A stretch of 64,000 nucleotides of DNA from Scyliorhinus canicula (lineage: Eukaryota): NCBI RefSeq assembly GCF_902713615.1, contig NC_052171.1:1736001-1800000 (forward strand). The letters run 5' to 3'. This document shows, one piece after another, positions 24,477 to 36,380 of this stretch. The translations under genes and the position numbers were made by a program. The notes under the pieces are model-generated. The model made no database searches and had not been told where the DNA came from. It was given only the letters and a program-made list of their open reading frames with translations. Positions within the stretch are counted from its first letter, which is position 1; every line of letters starts with the position of its first letter.

Positions 24477-26093
24477 TCAGCTGACTGTATTATCTTTAAT
24501 GCATTCCATCATTAACGGACCCATGTCTCTTAATATTTTCTGATATTCCATTAGTGCTTGACCATAAGAGTCACGCTGTGTTACAAAGGACCGGAAGAGG
24601 TTTATGGGCTCTGCATACAGAAGCATTTCTGGAATTCCCATTTGCTTAGGAAAAGTCTGATTTCCGATCATAAATCGATGGAGCCGTTTCTCATCCAAGC
24701 ATTTCCCAAGATACTTCAAAATATCTCTGAGCCTATGTTCCAGGTGACACTCGTGCCAGTTTGAATATGGCTGGCTTAACAACAGATGCATAAGGACAGT
24801 CTTAAAAAGATAGGACCCAAGAATGTTCCGCTGGTCTGGAGAGCTACGGAGCTTTTCAGTTAGAAAGGTCAATATTTGAAGGCACTTGAGATGACAACTG
24901 TTTTTGGGAACGCTTTTTGCCATGATTTTTAGAAATCTGTACTCGCAGACAGCACAGGATATATGCCAGTAGGTAGTGGACGGCACTGTATTCTTGGTGT
25001 AATCAGGAAAGCTGGATACGAGATAGACGTCGGAATCCTTCAGCCTCACAGCGGGGAAGGCTTTAATGTAGATGTTTCGTCCTGACTGATACTGGACTTT
25101 TAACCCACAGCAACCGGTAATATTGTGGAAGGAAAGATCAAAATCATACTTGTGACAAACCTTGTTCCAGGACTTTGCGAGTGAAACCCTGAACCATTTG
25201 AGTACCTTCTTGTAGTCTAAGTACCACTCAGAACACACGATGGAAGCCAGGCAATTGGCACGAACATCAGCTTCAAACCTTTTACTGTGAATAAGACAAA
25301 GAACATCTCCTTCAAGTTCGGTACTTTTACACAGGCAGCCCAAGTCAGCACTTCCTGGTGTTACCATAACTATTCGGCCGTAACTTTGTTTATCAGGTGG
25401 GAGGTCACAGCAGCAGATCTCTGGTTTGAAGCAATATCCATCCTGAAGAAAAATTGGAACCAAAATATCGTACACCGAAGGCGTCTTGCAGCCCCATTTC
25501 TCAAACTGACTACCGATGCCGACACAGTCTTCGAGAATCAGCTCAGAGTCCCATTGGCAAATACTCCGACAAGCTTCCAAGAGGTTGTCCACAAAGCTTT
25601 CCACAAATTCGCACGTCTGCATCGGCTCTTGACTTACATTCTGAGTACACGCATCATAAAATTGATCCAGCACATATTTGTCAGGAATATTCAAAATGTT
25701 GTTGTAAATTTTTTGAGGAAATTCATTTTCCTTCTCTCCTTCCTCCTCTTCCTCACTGTTATAGTCCTGCGGTATATGTGGCCACGTGTCCTGTCTCCAC
25801 AGTTCCAAGAACAGAATTGTCACCATCAGGAGAATATTCCAGGTATTCCAATCTATCTGTGTTGAGTTTTCTGCTTTTACAATTGCATTGACCTTACTTT
25901 CCTGCTCAGGATTATACTTCTCATCCACTTCTTTCTGGAGCCGCTCCATCTCCAGCTTATACTTGTCCTCCTGCTCCTTCATCCTTGACTGCACTTCTTC
26001 ACTCTCAACTTCATCACTCAGGAGGCGGGGGTGGTACAAACTTCCCGTGATCACCAGGAGGCACACACTGAAAAGCCCTAATAGTGCTGGCAT
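24477..26093 (-). CDS. ITPRIP: Inositol 1,4,5-trisphosphate receptor-interacting protein family (ITPRIP or ITPRIPL1-like), 538 aa, Mab-21 fold, single coding exon
   Basis: Signal-like LGLFSVCLLVIT..HP, coiled coil, TM LFLELWRQD, EFVESFVDNLLEA, CHLKCLQI, SYLFKTVLMHLLL, LHRFMIGN, AEPINLFRSF, all matching recalled human ITPRIP; polypyrimidine tract and TAG acceptor 1 nt before the ATG. Paralog identity uncertain. Confidence 0.9.
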   Translation of the reverse strand: MPALLGLFSVCLLVITGSLYHPRLLSDEVESEEVQSRMKEQEDKYKLEMERLQKEVDEKYNPEQESKVNAIVKAENSTQIDWNTWNILLMVTILFLELWRQDTWPHIPQDYNSEEEEEGEKENEFPQKIYNNILNIPDKYVLDQFYDACTQNVSQEPMQTCEFVESFVDNLLEACRSICQWDSELILEDCVGIGSQFEKWGCKTPSVYDILVPIFLQDGYCFKPEICCCDLPPDKQSYGRIVMVTPGSADLGCLCKSTELEGDVLCLIHSKRFEADVRANCLASIVCSEWYLDYKKVLKWFRVSLAKSWNKVCHKYDFDLSFHNITGCCGLKVQYQSGRNIYIKAFPAVRLKDSDVYLVSSFPDYTKNTVPSTTYWHISCAVCEYRFLKIMAKSVPKNSCHLKCLQILTFLTEKLRSSPDQRNILGSYLFKTVLMHLLLSQPYSNWHECHLEHRLRDILKYLGKCLDEKRLHRFMIGNQTFPKQMGIPEMLLYAEPINLFRSFVTQRDSYGQALMEYQKILRDMGPLMMECIKDNTVS

Positions 26094-26296
26094 CCTACAA
26101 ACAATAAGCAGAGAAGAGATGTTCAGTAGATGTGTAATTCACAGGGGGAACAGCATTAGTAGATCTATCGGAGGCTGAGCCTCCACTGAGAGATCTTGCA
26201 AGCCTTTTAATAATTCATCCACCTTCACTGATTTGTAATATATACAGCTTCCTTTCCTGTTCTGTACAGCCTCAAGCTGTCTCACAGGGTTTGATG

Positions 26297-29200
26297 CAGT
26301 GGCGTGCAGAGGGGGGGGGGGGGGGGGGGCGACGGTGCATTGGCCACGGGCATCCATTGGATGGGGGCATCCAATCAGAGAAGGAAATATATATATTTTT
26401 TTTAATTTAGATTACCCAATTATTTTTTTCAATTATGGGGCAATTTAGCGTGGCCAATCCACCTATTCTGCACATTTTTTGGGTTGTGGGGGCGAAACCC
26501 ACGCAGACACGGGGAGAATGTGCAAACTCCACACGGACAGTGACCCAGAGCCGGGATCAAACCTGAGACCTCAGTTCCGTGAGGCGGTTGTGCTAACCAC
26601 TAGGCCACCGTGCTGCCCCAGAGAAGGAAATAAGATAGTAATTTTAAAATTTCAGCGGTGATAAATCAATTTTTGGAGGCTCACCGCACTGCAGAGGCAG
26701 TTGTTAGCCCTTTATTCCTTTAACATGGTGTACCCTTTCTGTCTAGAAAAAATGGTGCTTCTCCCCATCCCCCCACACGCATGCGCATGATGTACGTGGT
26801 GCAACCATCAAAAGCAACAAGCAGACGTGGCTGTTCGTTCCTGCGTTTCCTCGAGTCATAACTTCAGCTTTTTCTGTATCTAGATTAGTTCTTTTACCTA
26901 CTCAGGTCAGTGAATAGCTCTAGAACGGGTGCAACTACGTTTTTTATAGGTTTTTTGGTGATATTTAATGAAATATTTACGTGGGATGTAGTAAGAGTGA
27001 AGCCTGGATGATCAGAGGACTGCTATGGCATTTAATCTCGGAATAGGAGACATTATTCCTTAACCTGCTAATATTCGAATACAGATACCACTAATTTGCA
27101 AGTCTATGATATAAATTGCACAAAATTATCAGTAAAGAATCAGTGTGAAATAATTTGATACGAAGGAACAAAGAAATGAAATATGGGTTATCCATCTGCA
27201 ACTGACCAATTGTTTACCATTTTCTTCCCATTTTCTCATGCGTCTTACGGTTTTTGAGATAGAAAGTGAAATGTTACGAGTATTTCGTGTACAACCGAGT
27301 GGAGCACAGAACAGGAAAAAAAAGAGGGCCAGAGTCGAAGAAGAGTCCCATCAAAGAGGGGCATTAGATGCATGGATAAAAAGAAGTAAAGAAGAAGTAG
27401 GAGAACCTGGAGAAGTAAAAGATGATGTGGGTGCAGAGAAGGATTTTTCTGATACGGATTCAGCTCGGTCAGAACATAATACTCTCTCTCCTCAGTCTCG
27501 TTGTCAGGCTGATGATCCATGTGAAGAAAATAAAGAAGATTTTAGCATATTTTTGCAAAGAAGCGATTTTGGCTGTTTGAAGAAACCGTAGTTCGACTCC
27601 ATCATTCAACTACGATAGATGCTGAACTTCAACAGCAAATGTCTGCTGAAAAGAAAAGATGGAAAGCTATAACTGAACGGATTGTCGAGGTTATATCCTT
27701 TCTGGCAAAACAGAATCTGGCCTATCGTGGACATCGAGGAGAAGGAATACCTGGGTTATCAGAGCCAGGGGAGACAGTCAGTGAAAATACAGGAAACTTT
27801 CTAGCAACAATCAGACTTTTGGCCAAATATGATGACATCTTAGCAAAACACTTGCAGAGAGGGAAAGAGAAACCAAAAAGTGTCACCTACTTGTCCAACA
27901 GAATTCAAAACGAAATAATCAATCTTCTTGGTGAAACTGTCAAGAAAAATATATTTCCGAAATTAAAGACGCAAATATTTTAGCATAATGCTGGATTCAA
28001 TTCCAGATATTGCCCATGAAGATCAGGTTTCTGAAATTCTGCGTTACGTTCATATTGATGAAAACAGAAAAGTAGAAATAAAGGAGACATTTCTGGGATT
28101 TTTTCAAGTCAACAAGAAAGATGCAGTCAGCCTGGTAAATAAAATTCAGGAAAAATTGGAAGAAGACAAAATTTCCATGAATGACTGTCGTGGTCAAGCA
28201 TATGCTAACGCAGCAGTTATGGCTGGAGTGAGAGGAGGTGTTCAACAAAAAATTCTTGAAGTTAACCCAAAAGCTGTGTTTGTGAACTGCGAGAACCACA
28301 GCCTCAATTTGGCCTGTGTCCATGCAAGTGAGGTGCAACCTGTTGTTACATTTTTTGGCATGCTAGAAAAACTCTTTACTTTTTTTTCTTCATCTACTTC
28401 TCGTTGGGAAGTGTTAAAATCATGTCACTCGGACTGTGAAAAGACAGTGTGACACAAGATGGAGTTCCAGCCATGATGCTGTGCAAGTAATCCACGAAGA
28501 GTGTGACAACGTTATTGCAAGCCTTCAACACCTGCTGGAAGGAGAATTTTCAAGGGAAACTAAATCTGATGCAGGATCGCTACTGAACTCTATTCAACAG
28601 TTCCCGTTTATAGCTTTATTAAAATTTTGGTTCTCAGTTTTATCATCAGTGGAGAAAGTCTCAAAACATTTGCAGGATCCGAAAATGGGGTTCCATGAAG
28701 CTTCTTGTGATCTGAGAGGACTTATTCATATCTTGAATTTGAAGAATGATGAAATTATCCACAATGCAATAGATTTAGCCAACGAATATTGTGAAAATTG
28801 GGGAATATCAATTGCACGAACAAGGAGAAGAAGAATAATGCCTGGAGAGTCAGCAAGAGATAGTGGACTGACGGCACAAGAAGAAATGAATAGAGTAATG
28901 GTAGAGATTGTGAACAGATTAAAAACTGAAATTGAAGACCTCAGTGTCCGTCTTCAAAGACTCAGTGACTGATTTTCTTTTCTTCTGAACTTGAATTCAG
29001 TAGTGATTGAAGATGAACAAGAAAGAGAGAAATTAAAAAAGGAATGTTCAGACTTTGCAAATTATTATGACAATGATGTGGTTGCAATTCAGTTATATGA
29101 TGAAATTATTGATTTTGTGATGTTCCTTCGAGCTGGAGGGAATAGAGTTCCCCCTGATCCTAAAGATGCTCTGGAGTCTTTACTGCAGTATGGGAGGGAT

Positions 29201-29618
29201 GTCTTTCCGACGCTGTGTGTTTCATACAGATTACTGCTTACAATCGCATTTTCAGTCGCAAGCTGTGAAAGGTCATTTTCAAAACTGAAATTAATAAAAA
29301 CATATCCGAGGTCTTCTATGTCACAGGAGCGACTGACCAACCTGGCTTTAATAAGCATTGAAAAGAATTTCTCACAGCTGATGTAAAAAAGTGAAGTAGT
29401 TCAGGTGTTTTGTGACAGGAGGTATCATTTGGGGAAAAGAACTTAATAAATTTGATTGATTTATATTAAAATCGAATAAAGCGTTTATTTTATGTTTATA
29501 TATTCACAATGTTTTCCTGTCTCATAATATTTCTCAGTATATTAGGCCTTATACTTGAGTCTTTGGGGCATACAATCAAGATTTGCCCCGGGCATCACCA
29601 GACCTCTGCACGCTACTG
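26297..29618 (+). mobile_element. hAT DNA transposon with both TIRs
   Basis: TIRs CAGTGGCGTGCAGAGG and CCTCTGCACGCTACTG (1 mismatch); 8-bp flanks match only 5/8; SINE inside at 26400-26619. Confidence 0.88.
27268..29445 (+). pseudogene. hAT transposase (ZMYM1-like), frameshifted
   Basis: FLAKQNLAYRGH, GNFLA, IQNEII, DQVSEILRYV, CENHSLNL, DTRWSS, SVASCERSFSKLKLIK..RSSMSQERL over five broken ORFs. Confidence 0.9.
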
Positions 29619-30338
29619 GGTGGAGGAAGCAATTACAAGGCACAGTATCAAGGAACAAGGCAGGAAAAGGAAGGGACTTGACCAAAGAACTATAAATAAA
29701 AGAGGAGAAAGATTGCAGTGGAGAGGGAGAGGAACGAGGTGTGGAGGAGCCAGACAAGAAGGATCACCAGTCAGACAACGGATAAATGAACAATGGTCCA
29801 TCCAGAAAGTTCCAAACAATCACAATGAGTCGCAATATATACACTCCCCATCGAAACCAAAAGCCATACAAACTGCTGGAAAACATTTTTTAAAAATGAT
29901 ACCAACCTCGTCCAATTATAAGCAAACATGTGGAAAATTCTTGCATTCATCACTCACATTCTCTCATCCTGCTGGCAATCACAACTAATGCAGGAGACTA
30001 CGCTAACACTGATTAACATTACACAATGCCGACCTTTTGTAAGAGGTGAACTCTGCCCCAGCCAGGATCAGATTCAGCCCTCACTATTCTCTGGAAAAGA
30101 ACTCCCAAAACATTCGTCAGAGTTCTGGTTTTATGTAACTTCAAATTATAATTCCTGGTCCTCTTCAATTTTTTTTAGTTGAAACCAGCTGTCAGAGTCC
30201 TTCCTGCTGATTTCCTCAGTTCCTATTTCTTTTTTATTGCTGTTCTTGTTTTTGTTGTCTATGGATCTTTAATGGAGGCATACCTTTAAGTCGAGCAGAA
30301 GAAGTGAGGAACTCAAAAGTTTCAAAATAGTACACTGA

Positions 30339-31310
30339 GGGGCAGCACGGTGGCCTAGTGGTTAGCACAACCACCTCACGGCGCTGAGGTCCCAGGTTCG
30401 ATCCCGGCTCTGGGTCACTGTCCGTGTGGAGTTTGCACGTTCTCCCCGTGTCTGCGTGGGGTTAACCCCACAACCCAAAAATGTGCAGAGTAGGTGGATT
30501 GGCCACGCTAAATTGCCCCTTAATTGGAAAAAATAATTGGCTAATCTAAATTTTAAAAAAAAATAGTACTCTGAGCTGTCAGCTTTCAGATTTTGAACAA
30601 AACTCAGATTTTATGGTTTTCAGAGGACCCAGCAGAAAGCTTCTGGACTCTGAATGGAGAAGCTTTGTTCGTCGATCTTTTTCTTAATATCTTCGACCGT
30701 AAGCCCTGAAATAAGTGGTTTCTGTCTCAAATGCTTGCTGCCTCTATTGCTCTGAGACTGCACTGAAAAAAGCATTATGATAGCACAGTGGTTAGCAGCA
30801 GTTGTGCTGTCTCAGCACCGAAGACCTGGGTTCAATCCCAGCCACGGGTCACTGTCCGTGTGGAGTTTGCACATTCTCCCCGTGACTACTGAGTTTCGCC
30901 CCCACAACCCAAAGATGTGCAGGGTAGGTGGATTGGCCATGCTAAATTGCCCCTTAATTGGTAAAAGAACTGGGTACTCTAAATTTTTAAAAAAGTTTTT
31001 GTTGCCTGTTTATAGTAACTGAATAAGTACACTCTGGTTTCTCTTCAGATCGTACGGTAATTGAATAATAAAAGTTAATTGTGTTTAAATTATGGGGCAG
31101 CACGGTGGAACAGTGGTTAGCACTGCTGCCTCTCAGGCTGAGGTCCCAGGTTTGATCCTGGCTCACTGTCCGTGTGTCGTTTGCACATTCTCCCCGTGTG
31201 TGCGTGGGTTTTCACCCCCACAACCAAATGATGTGCATGGTAGGTGGATTGGCCATGCTAAATTGCCCCTTAATTGGAAAAAATGAATTGGGTGCTCTAA
31301 ATTTATTTAG
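30339..31310 (+). mobile_element. Three SINE copies (30339-30555, 30778-30990, 31094-31310)
   Basis: Head, core and A-rich tail; the first has TSD AAAATAGTAC(A/T)CTGAG. Confidence 0.8.
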
Positions 31311-31559
31311 TTTTTTAAATTGTGTAAGTTTACAAATCTGGTGACCGGAGTTATTGGGCAGCCTATTCAACTTGTTTCAACTCCGGATCAAGTGGAGCTG
31401 GAATTGACCACACACCATGACAACAAACACAATATATTCTCTTCATGATCTTATAAATCTCGGTAAAAATCACCCCTTAATGCTGGGAATCGTGTTGACG
31501 CATATTGGTCAGAGCACGAGGCCAAATATGCGTAATTTTAACAGGGATGTGGGAATACT

Positions 31560-34500
31560 GAGACGTGGGGTATCTGTGCACAATCTCTGAGAGTATAGAA
31601 GCATGTGGGATCATTGACTTTGTCAAGCACTGGTTAGGCCTCAGCTGAGATATTGTGTTCAATTCTGGTACCACACTTGTGGAAGGATGTCAAGGGCTTG
31701 GAGAGGAGACTTGCCAGACTTACCAGGGATGCAAAGAGACAAGGGAAGCTGGAGTTGTTCTCCTCACAGCAGAGAAGGTAAACAAGTGATTTTATAAAGC
31801 TGTTTAAAATCATCTGAATGGCTTTCAGAGTTAATAACTGTTTTCAATAAGACATGGATCAGAAGCTTGCAGACAAAAAATTTAAGGTGACTGGCAAAAG
31901 AGCCAGAGGCAACATGAGGAAACTTATTTTTGCACAGTGAGCTGTTTTTAAAAAATAGATTTAGTGTACACAATTCTTTTTTTTCCAATTAAGGGGTAAT
32001 TTAGCGTGGCCAATCCACCTGCGCTGTACATCTTTGGGTTGTGAGGGTGAGACCCTCGCAGACATGGGGAGAATGTGCAAACTCCACCCGGGGCCAGGAT
32101 CAAACCTGGGTCCTTGGCGTCGTGAAGCAGCAGTGCTCACCACTGCTGCACCGTACCATCCTCACAGTGAGATGTTATGAAATGAAATGAAAATCGCTTA
32201 TTGTCACGAGTAGGCTTCAATGAAGTTACTGTGAAAAGCCCCTAGTCGCCACATTCCGGCGCCTGTCCGGGGAGGCTGGTACGGGAATCGAACCGTGCTG
32301 CTGGCCTGCTTGGTCTGCTTTAAAAGCCAGCGATTTAGCCTTGTGAGCTAAACCAGCCCCTGGTTATGATGGGGAATGTACTACCTTGGGATAATGGTGA
32401 GGGCAGATTCAGTAGCAACATTCTAAAGTGATAAATATTTGAAGGGGAGGAAAAATTACAGAACAAAGGGGAAAGAGCAGGAGAGTGGGTTGACTTGGAC
32501 AGCTCTGCCTCTGCACAGGCATGATGGGGTCTCTGTGCTGTATAATCGTCAAATCTTCGATATAAATACATCCCACCACTCTAGTCGCTCTTGCTATGAT
32601 GTCAGTGTTGGTCATGAACCTTTAGCGATCCATGTACCAGAACGGTCATTCTCTTTATCCACCAGCTTCTGTACTTTTCCCTGAAGGGTATATATGCATA
32701 TTCATCATTCACCCAGCCGACATGCATAACTGTACAAAGGTAAACATTCTTTTCCAGTAACTAGCTCAAACATCTCCCACTTACAGCTCTATTCTTGCAT
32801 GTATTTTACTGTCAAATCTGCCTGCAGGTTATATTCCAAATACCTGCATTTAGATCAAAACAACGGACAGCCGTCTGAACAAAATCCCATGGGACAGCAA
32901 GATTGGAGTCCAAGCAAATACAAACTAATCTCCTACCCCTTTATTCCTATGGCTTTCAGTCAGTTCTCAATCCAGTGCAGTGAATTGACATGAATGCCCA
33001 AGGCTTTTATCTTCTATCAAAGCATTTAGTGTGTCAAAATGTTTCTCAGAAATTTAGGTACATAGCTCCCTACTGGGTTTACCTCAGTGACTTATCAAAA
33101 TATACAATCAACTCCAAAGATGTGCGGGTTAGGTGGATTGGCCATTCTAAATTGCCCGTAGTGTAAGGTTAATGGGGGGATTGTTGGGTTACGGGTATGT
33201 GGGTTTAAGTAGGGTGATAATTGCTCAGCACAACATTGAGGGCCGAAGGGCCTGTTCTGTGCTGTACTGTTCTATGTTCTAACTCCATAAGAAAGGACCT
33301 CCAATTTTTGAAGCTGTGTCAGGTGGTCTCTAATGCTTTTCTCTTTCTCTATCCAAATAACATGTTCATTCCCTTCAGCATCTTCCAGATTACTTGTCAA
33401 GCAAATGGGCCTATAGTAACCTGGAACCATCTTTTTAAAAAAACCTTGGGACAACTTGAGGCTCTTTCCAGTCTGAGGAAGCACTTTCAAACTCCCAACA
33501 GACTAAACGGATCGGCAAGGAGCTTGCACAGCACCTGTTCTATCTTCCCCAGAAACCTCAGGTGGATATCATCTGGATGCATTGCCATAAAAAATGCTCT
33601 CGATTTCTAATTCGATCAAAACGAAATCTTCACCTTTGTTGATATTACAATTTATTATTGAATTCTATTAGTCAATCAAGCTTTGTCTTAAAGAGTGAAA
33701 TGGATGCAAATTACTCACATTCTATGTCCGCCATTCCAAGCAACCCCTTACTAGCCTTCCCTGAAGCATCCTTCAAAAGTCCAGAAGTTTTCTGACTCTT
33801 CACATAACTAACAAAGCTTTTCCCATTATTTCCACAATTGACCACCATCCTCTTTCAAGTTATCCTTTCAGCTGATCTAACAGGGACCTTTATTTCCTGT
33901 AACCACCCCAATCTATGGGCAGCACGGTAGCATGGTGGTTAGCATAAATGCTTCACAGCTCCAGGGTCCCAGGTTCAGTTCCCGGCTGGGTCACTGTCTG
34001 TGCGGAGTCTGCACATCCTCCCCGTGTGTGCGTGGGTTTCCTCCCACAGTCCAAAGATGTGCGGGTTAGGTGGATTGGCCATGCTATATTGCCCATAGTG
34101 TCCTAAAAAAAGTAAGGTATGGGGGGGGGGTTGTTGGGTTACGGGTATAGGGTGGATACGTGGGTTTGAGTAGGGTGATCATTGCTCGGCACAACATCGA
34201 GGGCCGAAGGGCCTGTTCTGTGCTGTACTGTTCTATGTTCTATCTGTTATTTTATCAGTCGAGTTTGATTTGCATACTTTTACTTTTTAAAATTCACAAT
34301 TAGTTAGCTACCATGACTTTTCTTTTGACTCATCTCGTCTTTTAACTTCAGGCGCACAATTTGTCTTGCACATGTTTTAATTTTGTTGTGGAAATCTGAA
34401 CCATTTATATTCTTTACCAATTTGATTACATCTTTTTGAGGAAAGCAAGAGACATATTATTGGAGATGAGGTATTCCCAAGTATGGCAGCAACATTGGAG

Positions 34501-34745
34501 GCCATTTATATACTTTCATTTAAAAAAAAAATTTAGATTAGCCAATTATTTTTTCCAATTAAGGGGCAATTTAGCATTGGCCAATCCACCTACTCTGCAC
34601 ATTTTTGGGTTGTGGGGGCGAAACCCACACAGACACGGGGAGAACGTGCAAACTCCACACGGACAGTGACCCAGAGCCGGGATCAAACCTGGGACCTCAG
34701 CGCCGTGAGGCGGTTGTGCTAACCACTAGGCCACCGTGCTGCCCC
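31560..34745. mobile_element. Patchwork of CR1 fragments and SINEs (31950-32360 -, 33112-33280 +, 33917-34243 +, 34520-34745 -)
   Basis: CR1 motifs (LVRPQL, YRPICLTS) and SINE cores. Confidence 0.65.
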
Positions 34746-35597
34746 TTTTATATACTTTCATGACAACATTTTTTAATCAGGCATGAAGAATTGGAATCAT
34801 TCTGTTGTGACAAAAAAGATGGTGTAAAATGTAGTTTAAGCTCTGATAAAGTCAACATCGTATCCTAAAAATAATGGATATTGATGAAATGTTTAAAGAA
34901 ATGTTGGCGAAACAGCCAGAGTAGGGAGGCCTACTCTAAGTCTTGAAAATAGATATAAAAATTACAAAGAAGGACATGAGCTCACTGTTCATAGGTTGGG
35001 GGCAAAGTCAACCCATGAAACTAAAATGATATGAGAGTGGGACTGCCAACATCATAACCTTTCATGTTCCTTGATCATATTCTGGCTTAAAACTGAGGAA
35101 AGGTTTGTCCTGTCCTTCAGACCAAGGCGTATACATTACTCCAATAGAAGTCCCAGACTTCTGTGGGCCACACAGCAACACCATTTAGTCACAGGTACTG
35201 CAATATTGGGGGGGGGGGGGGGGGGGGGATCCTTCCTTACAATTATGGACACAGGTACAAAAACATCTGCATCCCAACAAAACACGCGTCCACTGTTTTC
35301 TTTCTGGCCGTTTTCCCAGCACAATTCAAAGTGGATGTGCTCTGCAAATAAATATGGAAATTGCGTGCTTCGGGACGTGTCCATTGTTCCATCTAATAAA
35401 AGTGTACTTTCCTGGAAATGATGAGTTACATCCGGATTCCCAACTGAATGGACGAGACTGGGGTGGATGCAAAATGGGAAAAATAAGTGCGGCTCACTGG
35501 GGATGGGGTCTGGGAGGGCGGTGTGCCTGGAGTGCGAGGACAGGATGGTTCTCAGGAAGAAAGTTTCAGACTCCCAGCCAGGGAGCGAGGGATGGAG

Positions 35598-36140
35598 GAG
35601 AGCTGGGTGGGGGAGAGCTGGGTGTGGGCGAGCTGGGTGAGCTGGGTGTGCTGGGTGAGCTGGGTGTGCTGGGTGAGCTGGGTGAGCTGGGTGGGGGTGA
35701 GCTGGGTGAGCTGGGTGTGCTGGGTGAGCTGGGTGTGCTGGGTGAGCTGGGTGTGCTGGGTGAGCTGGGTGAGCTGGGTGGGGGTGAGCTGGGTGGGGGA
35801 GAGCTGGGTGGGGGTGAGCTGGGTGGGGGAGAGCTGGGTGAGCTGGGTGGGGGTGAGCTGGGTGGGGGAGAGCTGGGTGGGGGAGAGCTGGGTGGGGGAG
35901 AGGTGGGTGGGGGTGAGCTGGGTGGGGGAGAGGTGGGTGGGGGTGAGCTGGGTGGGGGGTGGGGGAGAGCGGGGTGGGGGGGGTGGGAGGGAGAGCTGGG
36001 TGGGGGTGAGCTGGGTGGGGGGTGGGGGAGAGCGGGGTGGGGGGGTGGGGGAGAGCGGGGTGGGGGGGGTGGGGGAGAGCGGGGTGGGGGGGGTGGGGGA
36101 GAGCGGGGTGGGGGGGGGTGGGAGGGAGAGCGGGGTGGGG
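35598..36140. repeat. G-rich minisatellite (GAGCTGGGT / GAGCTGGGTGGGGG units)
   Basis: Direct inspection. Confidence 0.95.
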
Positions 36141-36191
36141 GGCACTCCGTCGCTGTTGAAGGGTGAGTGAGGGTGCCCTTCACCCCCTTAC

Positions 36192-36360
36192 CTGGTCACT
36201 TGTGGCCCCGAGCCCGCTTCACATGGTGCTTGGGCCTCGCTTGCACGGGCGGCGCTGCTTGTGGTTCAGGCTGCCATGTCTGGGAAGCGCCTCCTCTCCC
36301 TGTGCTCACAGCCTCTGAGGCGGGACAATACCTTCCCCTGTGACGCCACTTGGCCGGGCC
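36192..36360 (-). other. Candidate 5' non-coding exon of the ITPRIP-like gene
   Basis: Strong donor CAG|GTAAGG at 36192/36191 in unique GC-rich sequence; the coding exon begins with an acceptor and needs an upstream exon. Confidence 0.5.
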
Positions 36361-36380
36361 TGGCCAGGCCGGGCTGGCTC

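Noticed and set aside
29620-30160. Possible Penelope-like fragment
   Set aside because: Similarity too weak to call by eye
35354-36183. Gly-rich and extensin-like ORFs
   Set aside because: Products of the G-rich minisatellite
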